NCBI GenBank assembly: GCA_030770535.1
Contig: JASVEC010000166.1
Coordinates: 1-38,110 of the forward strand
From: Batkoa obscura
Lineage: Eukaryota
Direction of reading: 5' to 3'
DNA length: 38,110 bases
The notes under the pieces are model-generated. The model did not search any database and had not been told where the DNA came from. It was given only the letters and a program-made list of their open reading frames with translations. Below are positions 23,323 through 36,706 of the stretch, piece after piece; within the stretch, counting starts at the first letter, position 1, and the number at the start of each line of letters is the position of its first letter. Made by a program: the position numbers and the translations under genes.

Positions 23323-24438
23323 ATGTTTGGCCTCAACAGCTTACTCCCAAATAAAATTAAATCCAAGTCCACTTCAAGCTCTTGTGACTCTAAAAAGAGA
23401 TACCGTATCTCTACCACTCAAAATAATGAGTTGGAGGTACTTTTCAAAACGAATCCAAGACCATGTAAAGAAATACAGGAAGAAATTTCCAAAAAAATCG
23501 ATTTACCTTATCGTACTGTTACCATTTGGTTTCAAAACCGTCGTGCTAAAGCTAAGCTTGCTGGTGAACCATTAGCTGAACATGTATTCCAATGGAAGCC
23601 GCCTGTCATTGCTGAAGAACCCGGTTGTGGTGTTATGAGATTTGATAAATCAGAAGTTAAATCAGAGCAAGTCAATGGCTTAAGTGGTAACGCCATTAAT
23701 CAAGATGACACCACTCAAAATGTGGATGCTAAATCAGTGTACACTGTTGATAGCGGTTGCCATATTCAAGATGGTGTAAATGCAACTAATCCAAATGGAA
23801 TTGATATGGATATGCAAGCATGGGCCTCCAACCAACCATTTGCTAATCCAAATTGGGCACAAAATACACCTGTTGGACGTAACTCAGTAGACTCTGGAAG
23901 CTTTATTTCCGATTATAGTAATTACGATGGCTTTATGCATCAAGTTGAGTTTGACACTTACCTTGCAAGCTCAAACACTATGTATGATAACGGAAATACA
24001 TTCAATAATTTACCAGCCAATGTCGATGAGAATGGTACTTTTGATCCATCACAAAATTTTATGATCAGCCAAAGTTTATATGCACCGACACTTTCTAACT
24101 CACTCGCTTCTTTATCATCTCAAAACTCAGGACATAATAGCTTCAATGGAGAAGGCATGAATGCCAACTTTATGAGGCAAAATGGAATGTACCGACAAGC
24201 ATATCAAATGTCCGCCCAATCATTACCACAATTTAGTAACCCAGCGATGGGAAATAGTACCAATCATATACCACAAAGACAAGTTCAATATCATCATTCT
24301 ATACAATCAGCACCCGAAATTGCACTCCAACAATCGTTATTTTTGCGTCAACAACATGCTAATCAAGCACAAGCTAGGGCACAGGCTAAATTACAAAGAC
24401 AGCGTAATGAAGCGATGTTCTCATCAATGCGTTACTAA
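23323..24438 (+). CDS. Homeodomain transcription factor
   Basis: KKRYRIS...ELEVLFKTNPRP...EISKKIDL...VTIWFQNRRAKAK (Q50 homeodomain), followed by an N/S/Q-rich tail; intronless. Confidence 0.95.
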   Translation: MFGLNSLLPNKIKSKSTSSSCDSKKRYRISTTQNNELEVLFKTNPRPCKEIQEEISKKIDLPYRTVTIWFQNRRAKAKLAGEPLAEHVFQWKPPVIAEEPGCGVMRFDKSEVKSEQVNGLSGNAINQDDTTQNVDAKSVYTVDSGCHIQDGVNATNPNGIDMDMQAWASNQPFANPNWAQNTPVGRNSVDSGSFISDYSNYDGFMHQVEFDTYLASSNTMYDNGNTFNNLPANVDENGTFDPSQNFMISQSLYAPTLSNSLASLSSQNSGHNSFNGEGMNANFMRQNGMYRQAYQMSAQSLPQFSNPAMGNSTNHIPQRQVQYHHSIQSAPEIALQQSLFLRQQHANQAQARAQAKLQRQRNEAMFSSMRY

Positions 24439-25548
24439 GTGAAATGGTTAATTTTAAGTACATATTTTAAAGCCACTGGATCTAAATATTTGGTTTTCTC
24501 ATTAATTTAAACTTTATTTTAACATTTTTCTATCTCTCTTGTCATTTGAATTGTTTTTAAGCTTAAGAAAATAACTTCTTCCTATTCTGCTTTTTTGAAA
24601 AATTAATTTTATATTCTTATTAAAAAATCTATAAAAAATTTATTATATTTGTTTTTTATTATAATTTTTTATTTTGGTATTCCAATGTCTTAAAGTAAGG
24701 TCAGTCAAATTTGATATCACACTTTGAATTATTGGCATTTAATATAGATTGATGTTCACTAAAATTTACTAGTTTACTATTAAACTAATGAAAGAAAAAA
24801 ATAACTGTTTTTTATTAAAACACAAGATTCAACCATAACCTCATTGCAATACCACTTTAGCTATAGAAAATCATTAAGATAGTAAATCATCCAACAATAA
24901 GGTAGAAATCTATCAATGAAATTTAATCTAGCTATAAAATTTGATAAACTTGATTAGTTTACTGTTAAGCTAAGAATGTAAGTAACAATTTTTATAAAAT
25001 ATTTGAATTAATTCGTTGCAATGTGGATATGGATACTAATTTGAATTTGACTAATAGAACGAATATTAAAAAACAAATTCTTAACAACAGCATGATCGCT
25101 GATTAGAGAAGAATTTAATGCAGAAAAAAAGAAAGCATAAACTGAGACTCTGTTGGGGTTATAATAATTTATAATTTTCTTTGCATTTGAAATTTTGTTT
25201 TGGGTGAAATACAGGAGTAAATTGATTTGAGAAAAGGAGAGAGGAGATGGGCCCGTCTAACTTGTAGTTTTTTTGATATTTATTTGATTGAGTTAGGTGA
25301 AGGTTACTAGATTATTTGTTAAAATATAATTGAAATCTCAAATGTAAGCATTACTGTTTATTATTTTATTATTTTATTAAGCTGATTAATCACAATAAAC
25401 TCAATCTAACTGCTTATTTTATATTTAATTTGTAACTTATATTTTAGCTTTCTTTTCGTATTAAAAAACTTGAATCTTTTGATTATTTTAATTTTATCAT
25501 TATAAAACTCAATTTCATCACTTTATAATTTCATAAGGAATATTAACA

Positions 25549-27338
25549 ATGAAATCAATCTCAAAGTCTACACTAATACTACAAAGTATGTTAAGACGGC
25601 ATAGCACTTTAACCTCAACATCTAGAAAACATCTCAGCCTCACTGACTTACAATCTTGGAACAAGTACTATAATGCATTCACTTCTATTAACACCGCAGA
25701 AACATCATTTATAACTGATAGACTTGAAAACGGTAACTTAATCTATTCATAAGATATATATGTAAACCAACTCAAACAACAGATTTTAGTTTTGATTTAA
25801 ATGGATTAGCCATCGCCATAAAAGACAATATATGTACTAAAGGATATCCAACTACTTGTGGATCTCTAATGTTAAAAGGTAAGTAGTTTATTCATTTTTG
25901 TTGAGTTCATTTAATTTGATAATTGACAATTATTAATCAACCAATTTTAGATTTTATACCCACTTATAATGCCACTGTAATCGAAAAATTACTAAATCAT
26001 AATGTAAAAATCATTGGTAAAACAAATATGGATGAATTTGGGATGGGGTAAGTCATATATAAATTAGCTGTTGATATTAAATTTCACTCATCTAATTCCT
26101 TCTCCTCCAGTTCTAACAATCAAACCAGTTATTTTGGTCAAGTAGTGAACCCTCATCCTTCTTATACTACAAATACCCATTCCCCTGGAGGAAGTTCCGG
26201 TGGTAGTGCAGCAGCTGTAAAAAGTGGTATGTGTTATGCGTAAGTTATTTAAAATAAACATCTTTATCTCCTTCATAAACCTATTATTTACTTCTATAGG
26301 GCATTGGGTTCAGATACTGGTGGGTCTGTTCGCTTACCTGCCTCCTATTGTGGAATTATTGGATTTAAACCATCATATGGTATGATATCTAGATATGGTT
26401 TAATACCTTATGCAAGTTCATTAGATACAATTGGGGTTATGGGAAGAAGTGTTAATTCAGTGAAAAATATATTTGAAGTAATTAAGGGACAAGATCAAAG
26501 GGATCAAAGTAGTATTGATTATTCTAAAAAAGAGAAAAAAGAGAATAAAAAGTTAAAGGATATAGTAATTGGTATACCAAATCAATATTATTTAAAAGAA
26601 ATAGATGAAGAAGTAAATTTTGCTTGGGATAAAAGTATTCAATTATTACAAGATAATGGAGTGAAAGTAATTAATATTGATTTAAAACATACAAAATATG
26701 CTCTTTCTGCTTATTACATTATTGCATTAGCAGAAGCATCTTCCAATTTAGCAAAATATGATGGAGTTGAATTTGGCTACTGTCAAGAAGATATGGAGGG
26801 TAGTTTTGATCAAAAAATTCGACATAATCGAGAAATTGGGTTTAACGATGAAGTTAAAAAAAGGATTATATTAGGTACTCATATTTTAAGTAAAGGGTAA
26901 ATTTGAGTTTAAACTAATTTAAGTATATTTTTTTACTCTATTTTTTAGTTCCTTTGAGGCTTATTTTAAAAAAGCACAAAAGATACGTACTTTAGTAGTC
27001 AATGATTTTGATTCAGCCTTTTTAAATTGTGATTTAATCTTATCCCCAACTGCTTTTTCAAAAGCGCCATCTATAAAAGATCTATCCACCGCACCACCAG
27101 CTTATTCTTATTTAAATGATGTATTTACTACCCCTTCTTCCCTAGCTGGTCAGTTTTTATAGTTTTTCATTTAATTTGGGATTTAATATATATATTTTTA
27201 GGTTTACCTGCTATTAGTGTACCTTTTAATAATAGTAATAAAATGGGCCCTATTGGTTTACAATTAGTTGGACAAAGAGGTAATGATAAACAAGTATTAA
27301 ATGCAGCGGAAGAGTTTTGTCAGTTATTATATAATTAG
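25549..27338 (+). CDS. HER2: Mitochondrial glutamyl-tRNA(Gln) amidotransferase subunit A (amidase signature), multi-exon
   Basis: Spliced motifs [77 protein letters not shown] and [14 protein letters not shown] at 27336-27338. Confidence 0.92.
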
Positions 27339-27669
27339 AAATAGTAGAAGCAGATGATTAAAAAATAGAGTCTAGTATTAAAATTAGGATTTTGTTTATT
27401 TTTATTTTTATTTAAAATTTATTACATATGGGAATATTATTACTAATTATCATTTTTTGTTGTTAATTTAAAATTTAGAAATTAACAATGTAAGCTGTTC
27501 AAGTTCGAATGTACGCTGAAAAGCGATGACTTTTATAACCAATTATTTGCTCAATCATGTTGATTTGAAGTTTATTAATTCAATTTTTATTATGAATAGT
27601 TAGTTAACACATACCCAAAGCTTGAATAAAGTACTGATTAATTAATTTCTAAATTTAAATTAACTACTA

Positions 27670-27770
27670 TATGAGAATGTTTCTTTAACTTCACTTTTTC
27701 CATCTTTTAAGCACTATTTAACTGGGAAAATTGTTAGTAAAATCTTTAAATACAAAAATACATCCCTATA
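27670..27770 (+). mobile_element. MITE-like element, copy G (a partial copy starts at ~27817)
   Basis: tatgagaatg...cactttttccatcttttaagcactattta...aaaattgttagtaaaatctttaaa...aaaaatacatccctata. Confidence 0.75.
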
Positions 27771-28107
27771 TTATGTTATTTTTAAAAATATAGAATGCTA
27801 GCAAAATAACCAAAAATATGGGGATGTTTTTTTACTAGTATTGTCCTTTTTTGCTATTTTTTTAATTCTTTTGATAGCTGTTTTGAAAACCTTATATTCA
27901 TATTACCTCTTTATTAAACTACCAAGTCATTATAATTCATTAAAAGCGTTGTTCATTTCTTACTTCCTGCTCAACCTTCATCTGATGCTTTTGCAATATT
28001 TGCATTATATTAAAAGTGCAAAAAAGTAAGCTTAATCTCTCAAATCCCGAAAAATTTAAAAGCTTTAAATTTCATTCATCAATAGAATAAAAATTCAATA
28101 TTCCAAA

Positions 28108-28635
28108 ATGTTAACCAATCTATTTAGAACTGCTTTCAATGGGGTGAAGATGACATCTAATATATCAATGGCTAAAACATTGATACCAACAAGAGGTTTT
28201 TTGAGTAGGTAAGTAAAGAAGTGAGAAGGAAGGTTTTTTAATAAGATAATTAAATTTTAAATTTTTAGTTCTTTATTGATCAATCGACCATTATTAGGAA
28301 GAACAAGTGTATTAGGTAATAATAACTTAGGATCAAGGTAAGCTATTTTCAATCCACTTTAATCAAGTTTTGGGTTCTATCTTTAAACTTTGAACTTTTA
28401 TAAACAATTCTAACATTAATTTTCCTTTTAAACCAAAACTAATATTTTACCCTTTTATAGCCTCCCAACTTTCCCATTACAACAAGTACGTACAGTTACT
28501 TATGGTAATGAATATCAACCCAGTAATTTAAAAAGAAAACGTAAACATGGCTTTTTACATCGTATCCGTACCAAAGATGGTAGAAGGGTTATTTTACGTC
28601 GTATGAAAAAAGGACGTAAATTCTTAGCTCATTAA
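28108..28635 (+). CDS. MRPL34: Mitochondrial ribosomal protein bL34m, 3 exons (~28108-28208, 28269-28337, 28461-28635)
   Basis: Missed by the ORF track. The last exon encodes [44 protein letters not shown]; long presequence; GT-AG introns. Confidence 0.93.
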
Positions 28636-29089
28636 AAAAATAGAATAATGGAATTGGGTAACACTTGGTTTATATTTTTATTTGCTTTTTTGTAAGTTAA
28701 TGTAAAATGGGAAAGTTTGAGTTTTATTGGTATTTTACATTGGTCGTTAATTTATTGTATAGCTTTATTATTTTTAAATAATTATGAAATAGGTGTTAGT
28801 ATAAAATTAAGAATGCATATAATTTTGGCTTACATTGTTTAAATTTTGTATATAAAAATACTATCTTAATTATTTACATTAGATTGAATCATGTAATAAA
28901 AATATAAGTACATAGCTTATTTTAATACTGTATAGTAACGTACTGTATAACTTGTTATTTATTTTTCAGCAAAAACTATGGGATTTACTCCATAAAATAC
29001 AATTTAAATTAATCTGATATCTTAAAAGTTGAAACAGAAAATGTAATAAAATTCATTTTAAAATTCATTGATTTTATTCATTTGTTTAA

Positions 29090-31183
29090 TCAAAACCCAG
29101 CCGCTTGACCATCAGCTCTTGGATCTGAACCTGCCATAAGAACTCTTTTACCAGTCTTTTGATCTTTTTCTACTTGAATAATTTGACCCCTACCAAACAT
29201 TTTTCTAGGATAACCGTATAAAATAATAACTTTATGACCTAATTCTTTTAATTTATTAACCGTTTCTAAAGAAACACCAGCTTCAATGTAGATTATACCA
29301 TCATCTGGCGAAATACAAAATCTAGAAAAATCTAATGCTTTCTGTGGCTTAAATTGTCGTAATATTAAATTTAACAATACTTGTAAATGTCCTTGAGGTT
29401 GCATAAATCCACCCATGACACCAAAACTTAACCATAGTTCTTCTCCTTTTGTAGCTAATGCAGGTATAATAGTATGATAAGGGCGTTTATTAGCTTCTAA
29501 TTTATTGGGAGATTTTGGATTCAACGAAAAACTAGTTCCTCGATTTTGCAATGTAAATCCGCATCCTTTAGGTATTTTACCACTACCAAAACCAGCAAAA
29601 TTAGACATTATGAATGAGCATGCATTACCTTCTTTATCTACAACAGTTAAATAGACAGTATTTGATTGATTGATTGGACTGCCTTCTTTAATATCTACTG
29701 CTGCTTTTGTTGGATTAAACAAACGGCAACGTTTATATAAATATTCTTTTGATAATAAACTTGATGCTGGTAATTTATAAAAATCTGGATCTGTAACATG
29801 ATGTCTTGTATCAGCAAATGCAATTCTTAAAGCTTCAATTAAGATATGTAAATATTCTGGTGAATTGGGTTCCATTTTACTTAATTCATGAATTTTGTTT
29901 TGTTTTTCTAATTCATCAATTATACCAAGAGCTATTAATGCTGTTATACCTTGTCCATTAGGTGGACATTCATATAATTTTATTCCTTTATAATCATAAT
30001 GAATAGGTTCTACTTGTTCAGATTGATGAGATGCTAAATCTTCTAAAGTCATAACACCCCCCTGAGATTGTATTAATTCCACTATTTTATTGGCTATTTC
30101 TCCTGTATAAAACCCATCTTTACCATGCTCAGCTACTTTACGATAAGTTTTTGCTAAGTTTGGCAAACTCACTATTTGACCTACTTCAGGTGCTTTACCA
30201 TCAACAAGCATTTCATCCCAATTAGGAGAAGTCTGTTTTAAAAATTTCTCACTTGATTTCCACTAATAATAAATTAGTAAATCATATTTCATTTAAATTA
30301 AAAGTACTCCTTCACTAGTAATTTCCGAAACAGGATACCCATTTTCAGCAAGTTCAATAGCTGGTTTAAATATTTGTCCTAAATTTAATTTACCAGATCC
30401 ATAGTTGTTAACTGTGTCTACCATAGCAGCACATGCTCCTGGTACAGTGATACTATGTGGTGAATTTCTTGGTATGGCTTCAACTTTATTCCCTAAATCT
30501 TCATGTACTTTTTCCAATGTCAGTGCTTTTGGCGATCTAATTACCAATAATCAATACTCAATTATAACCAATTTAATCATATTTACCTTCCAGATCCATT
30601 TAAAGCATAAACTTTTTTATCTTTAGCTGAATAAAATAAACAAAAAGCATCACCACCGATGCCTGTTGAGCAAGGTTCTATTTTAAATAATGGAAATTAA
30701 AATGTTAGTAAAGAAATTGGATAATTAAATAAATAAAATAGAAAATTACCAGTGACATTTAAAGCAGCAGCTAATTATCATAAGTATAAAAGCTAATAAA
30801 TTGTTTTTTAGTATAAATTAAATCAAAATTACCTGTAGCTACAGCAGCATCCTATAGAAAAATCTTATTAAAATTTCTTGTTATCATTTTAAGATCACGA
30901 AAGCTTACTGCTGCATTACCCCCTGATTTTAATATTTCTAGTCCAGCTTGGGTAGCTAGAGGTTGACTTCATTTTAAAACTATTATTAACAAAATATAAA
31001 AATCAATTCTCACCTTGAACTGACCATACCATTTGTACTGAATACATCAGAACGCCTTGAATTGAAAGGCAATAATTGATCTAAATCTGGTACTGAGATG
31101 GGGATTTCATCAGGGTTATAATGCTTAGGAATCTGTTCTTCATCCTCTTGTTGCTGTCTTAAAGTGGAAGTTGAACTTGTCAT
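29090..31183 (-). CDS. Gamma-glutamyltransferase-family Ntn-hydrolase (YwrD-like), 7 exons
   Basis: SRRS...[47 protein letters not shown] nucleophile, [26 protein letters not shown] and SDPRADG. Confidence 0.92.
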
Positions 31184-31726
31184 TGTTTTGATTGTTTGCT
31201 TTTTTCTTTTTTATAAAATAATTATGATAAGATGTTCAAGCGCCTTTATATACATTTTCAACCTGCTTAGTATCCCTGATGACTCACTTATAAGCTATAC
31301 TGAGGAACAAATGATATAATCCAAATCATGAGTTCGAATTTTCATAATACAAAGGTTGAATCAATTGCCTTAAATAAAACTAAACAAATAGTTTTATTTC
31401 TTAATAATAACTATAACAATTGTAAAGTCACATTTCAATAAAAATAATTAAAAAAGTAGTCATTTTTTATATAATAAAAGGGATTCAGTTATTAAATTCA
31501 TACTTAATAAAATAGTCCAAGTGCTCAATTTTTTTTGAATAGAATATATTCAAAACATAACAAAGTAAACTCAATAGGTTGGCTTATACAATCCACTATC
31601 ATCTCATAAAAACTAACATTATAAAAAAATACAAATCAAACTTTAAAGAAACAAAACTCAAATTAATTTCTAATTAATGTATTTTTTTAAGATGAAGAGG
31701 ATGCAGTATTCTTATTCTTCTTGGTC

Positions 31727-32594
31727 TTATTTTTTTTCACTAGTATTACTATTACTAACTTCCACCTCCTCATCAGAAGGAAGTTCTACAACACCAGAAG
31801 GTTGAAGAGCAGGTTGTTCATCTGCTGACTGATCCATATTAGGCATGTTGAAAAAAGAAGCAGCCACCCAAGGACGTTTAAGAGCACCAGTTGGCTCTGA
31901 TCCAAAAATATGAACTTTAGAAAGATTGGATTCTAATAAAGTTTTTACTGAAAGAATACTTTGTAAAAACAATGGTTGAACATACTGGAATTTAAGATGC
32001 ATAACCATTAAAATAGCTATACCAATAGCACTTGATTGTAATTGTTTTCTTAATTCTCCTAAATCATATGCTTGGACAGTAGTCACAATTTCAGTTGGTG
32101 GTCTTTAAAAATTTAAAAATTATAAAATTAGATTAAACTAGTTATCTTACTCTTGAGACATGGGCTTTTTATCTTCATATCTAAGTTCGGTTTGATCTAA
32201 ACAAGTATACTTTAATTTTTATTCAATTATTAAAATTTAATTTCAAATTTACCATTTTTAGCATTAATAGTTGTATAAATATAATATATCAAAGAAAATA
32301 CAATAACCTGAGAAGTGACATAGGCCATACGAAGGTATCTATAGTTAAAAATATTAAAATCTAACTGAATAATAACAAGAGCTCAACTTACTGTAAATTA
32401 GCTTCATCTTCAAGGTTTAATTTTTTAGACTATAAAAAAGTATAAAACTTATACGAATTATAATTATTTAATGACCTACCACTTGGACTAAAACCAATAC
32501 AAGACCGATACCGAGAAACTAAAATATAATATAAACAACCATTATTTTTAATTTAATGTTATAAACTTACTTGAGAAGCAGGATTAGCGCTCAT
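31727..32594 (-). CDS. PHO88: PHO88/SND3 family ER membrane protein, 6 exons
   Basis: Spliced MSANPASQ-FLGIGLVLVLVQV-SKKLNLED...YLRMAYVTSQ...KNDQTELRYE...TTVQAYDL...MHLKFQYVQPLFLQSI...GALKRPW. Confidence 0.9.
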
Positions 32595-33546
32595 TTTTAT
32601 TTTTTAGTTAATTCTTTTATAAAACTTAAAAAACCACTTTCGACTAAATAATCTACTTTTTATAAGCTTTTAAAAAATCATAGTGTTCTTTCTACCAATC
32701 ATTCAGCTACACTTAGAATTTTATAATTCTATATTTGGAAACTATAGTTAAAAATAAGGTGGAGGCTAGAGTGATATATAAGTGGATTGATTTGATGAAA
32801 TGATAAATGCTATCCAATGACTGGTTTATCCTGATGGCTTCAAGCTTGTTTTTTAGAATAAAAATTAACATTCTTTCAGATGAGTTAATTTTCAAAAGTA
32901 TTATAAAGTTCTACATTTAAGTAAAGAATTTCATTGAATATTAAAAGGGTAACTAATTTGATTATAACTCAAAAAAGAAGCATAAATGAATATCTGTATA
33001 AATTCTTTCCCTAACATAATGTCACTATTGTTGATAATGCATGCATATCTTTTTAAAAGTCAATTTATTTTTATAAGCTTTTTGCCTAAATGTTTCAATG
33101 CCTTCAATTTTTGTTTAATTTTGATTTAATTTTCTATTAAAGTTGTTATTTTAATAATTATAATTACAATCATTTTTTATTAATGGTATTCATTCAATAT
33201 GAGTCCTTATCGTTTTATGTTTTGAAAGAAAATACGAATAGAAGTTTATAAATTGTTTGAAATTAATCACTTTAATTTTTTTTAAATTATTCTGATTATC
33301 TATCTAATGATTGAATTATATCAATACATAAAACAATAAAAACAAATATCTAAAGTAACTTATAAACTTTTCAAACACAAATCTAGGTTCTTAGCTTATG
33401 TGAATGGCAAAAAGTAGCTTTTAGGGCACCAAAAGTAGTAAGCGATAAACTTTGGGTATTTGATTTTAGACAAAACAGAATATAAAAAATAAAACTCTTT
33501 TGTGTAAATGCTCAAAAAACTGAGAAAACAACTTTTTTTAAAACCA

Positions 33547-33651
33547 TACAGGGATGTATTTTTTTGTTTAAAGATTTTACTGATAACTTTTCCGCTCAAA
33601 TAGCGCTTGAAAGATAGAAAAAGTGATGAAACCAAAAAAAACACCTACATA
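33547..33651 (-). mobile_element. MITE-like element, copy I
   Basis: TA-CAGGGATGTATTTTT...ttccgctcaaatagcgcttgaaagatagaaaaagtgatgaaaccaaaaaaaacacctaca-TA. Confidence 0.78.
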
Positions 33652-34613
33652 TTGTAAAAAGATATGTTTTATGTCATAATAAAACCAACTAAAACTCTCA
33701 TTAATAAAAATAGTAACAGCTGAAATGCAAGTATAAGACTAAGTAAGTATATTTCATTACAGTTTGCATAAGATTTTACTAATGCTGAAGTTGAATTCCT
33801 TTCAATAAATGGTAAACCTCTATTATAATATATATCAGCTTTTAATTTCATTCAAATATGTCACAGAATTAGGAGGTAATTTTTAAATCAAATGTTTTAT
33901 TGTATTTGAGGGCTTTAAGAACTGGCATTTCAACTTCTATAATAGTTTTTAAAGCACCACCATTAATAAAAGCAATACTTTATCCAACAACTTTAAAGAA
34001 AACTTTATCTATATTTAAATATTTATCAGCATTAAACCTAATATTAGTGGATAGTTTACATTAAGTTTAAAAAATATTACCCAAAGTATTTGGCTATAGA
34101 ATAAGGAAATAGACAACTTAAAATATAATATTATACTTCTAACGACATATTGTAATTGGTTGATTAAATTCAACAATGATAGTTTAAAAGCTAGATCAAT
34201 TTCTTAAAAACTACTCTTTATTATCAATAACTTGGTAATCAATGTTAATTTATTTACCAAAAAACTCTAAAGAGTTTGCTATAAATTTCGAAGTTTAGGA
34301 TGGCTTTGAAGGAAAGGCGCATATAATATTTCCAACCTACCACATTTATCTCAAGAAAATGATTTTTCTTTTCTCGTCCTCTAAAGCCTTGTTATATTTT
34401 TTAAGTTTTTCTCGTCTTTAATAAATCATATCTTCTATCATTTTAATTTGTTAAAAATCATCTTACTTCTGAAGTTTAAGATTCTAAAAAATAAAGTATC
34501 TTCCTTTTAGATGAATATTCAAAAAAACTATAAAAATTAGTCAACAATTTTCTTATAGACTTGGGTAGAAAACTTACCTAAGAGTGTTGTTAAACTAGAG
34601 TAATTTAGTTTAA

Positions 34614-36706
34614 TGTACTTTATCATAAAAGCTACTTTCCTTGATATTTTTATAGCCTGTAAACTAAATCGCTTTTAATATTTAGACCAAATAGAATCCG
34701 GTATACAATTATGTAAAAAATAATAAATATAAGTGAGGTGCAGTGAAATAAAACCAGTTTTAAACTTTATTAGTTATTATAAATTTAAGCTTATTTTTAT
34801 TTTATAATAAGAATCTAGATTATATTATAGTGTTCTTTAAGGAAAAAAGTTTATTATACTATTCCGTTATATTTATCGGGTAGATGTCATTGGTACTCAA
34901 TTACACTAATTATATATATATTGACTTTTACTATGCTTTATTAGTTTTCAAACTAAAGCTAAGTAACGATTAATATTTGTCTCAGAGTTTATAGTCAGAG
35001 ACTTAACTATCTCCTTCACACAATCTTTGATAGTAAGAAAAGTAACAACTTAAAGCTCGATTTCGAACATTGGTATGATACTATAATTTATTCTCTTTAT
35101 TATGTATTAAATGGATACTTGTGTTAACTCAAGAATAACTCATGAATTAATTCGAGTAACGTAGTCAACTAATTTGTAATGTGAACTAGAAATCGATTAT
35201 ACCAAAGTTTATTGAGTGATTTTAAACCAAAATAAATAATACTCTCAAAATGTACATTAGTATAATTTTACTAAATATTAACAGACTTTATGATTGTAAA
35301 TTTAATCAGTATTATTAGGTGATAATATATGATTGTAACATCATTTATTAAACGTTATCTTTTTTTAATGTGTATTAATATCTTTACATTACTATTATAT
35401 GTTCCCAAATAATATCATAATAGTATTAAAAATAAACAACAATTGTAATGAATAAAATTGTAATAAATAATATTTTACCCAAAAGTTTTTTAAACTTAAA
35501 AATAAATGTATATACTTTTTTAATAAATAAACTAAAAACAAAATCCAAAAAAACACTGAAGAATAATGTAATCATAAAAGTTGTTATCAAGATTTAAGTT
35601 TTTCAAATATTATGGTAACAAAAATAATTATCATATATTAATAATATAAGCAACTTTCTTGTAAACTGGGTATGTAAAGCAACTAAAAGTTCAAAAAATA
35701 CTAAAGAACAATAATGTAGGTATGGTAAAAATTACTTACTAAGCTTAAGTTTTTTGAAGATTATAGCAATAAAAATAAGTATTATAAATTAGTGTTATAA
35801 GCAAGCTTCTTGTAAAATAGGTATATAAAGCAAGCAAAATATGGTAAGGATGTTATAAAATTATAGAAAAAAACAAATATTCATTTAATACTATGCAACT
35901 CAATTTTCTCTCGTTGATAACTCTATTTGCTGCTTTGGTATCTGGTCAAAATAACACTAAAACTACAGATCCCTGTGCAAAGATAGCTAGCAAATCAGTA
36001 ATTGGTTATAAAGATGCACTTGCTTGTTATGACAACTTTGAACTAACTAATAAAGTACGTGATGGTGTTTCAGATACTTTAAAAAAGATCCTTCCTTTCT
36101 ATGCTTTTATCGATATTGCTAAAAGATCCCCTGATCCAAAAGTACCTAGTTATATTGATATTGAAGCTGAATTGAACAAAGTCTTATCTAAAAAATATGA
36201 TACTGAACGTGATTTCCAAGTTTCTATTGTTAAGTTTTTCAACTCTTTAGAAGATGGTCATACTAGATATACTTCCAATTGTTTTTCCAGTTTCGTATTC
36301 AGACAACCATTCCCATTATACCCAGAAGAAGGTAAATCGGGAGAAATCCGAGTTAAAATCCCTCAAGGTTTACGATATAGTCAATCTCTTCTTGATGCTT
36401 GGAAAGCCGCTGGTGTAGATGTGTTAAGCTATGCTGGTGCTGAAGTATTATCGATTGATGGTAAACAACCACTCGAATTTGTCGAAGAGTACGCCAAACA
36501 TTATGTTGGTACATCAAGAGATGTTAACTCTCGTATGAATTATGCGCTTGCACGTTCCATTCAAAGTAATGGTCAGTGGGGTATTAGTTATGGTAGCTTT
36601 GGTTCTACTACTATTCCGCCAGTTAAAGAAACTTTAACTTTTAGAATTCGTGTTGGTAATAATGAAAAAGAAGTAGTTGTACCTTATATTGCTACTCCAA
36701 ATGTAG
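34614..36706. repeat. Right arm of near-identical ~2.1 kb inverted repeat (partner 17564-19656)
   Basis: Direct reverse-complement match; similarity stops at tgtacttt (34614) apart from a few bases. Confidence 0.95.

Noticed and set aside
27495..27535. B-box-like GTTCGAAT suggesting a tRNA (also near 31332)
   Set aside because: No cloverleaf stems or A-box could be formed.
27841..28029. Short hydrophobic ORFs (also 32713-32895, 33396-33644, 33669-33851)
   Set aside because: AT-rich chance ORFs, some overlapping MITE copies; no motifs.
9259..33651. Dispersed repeats as a CRISPR array or prokaryotic REP elements
   Set aside because: Eukaryotic context, irregular kb-scale spacing and no repeat-spacer periodicity.
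34300..34445. Possible degenerate gag zinc knuckle on the minus strand (DKCGRL) beside the right inverted arm
   Set aside because: The CCHC pattern is incomplete and needs several assumed mutations; too weak to call.
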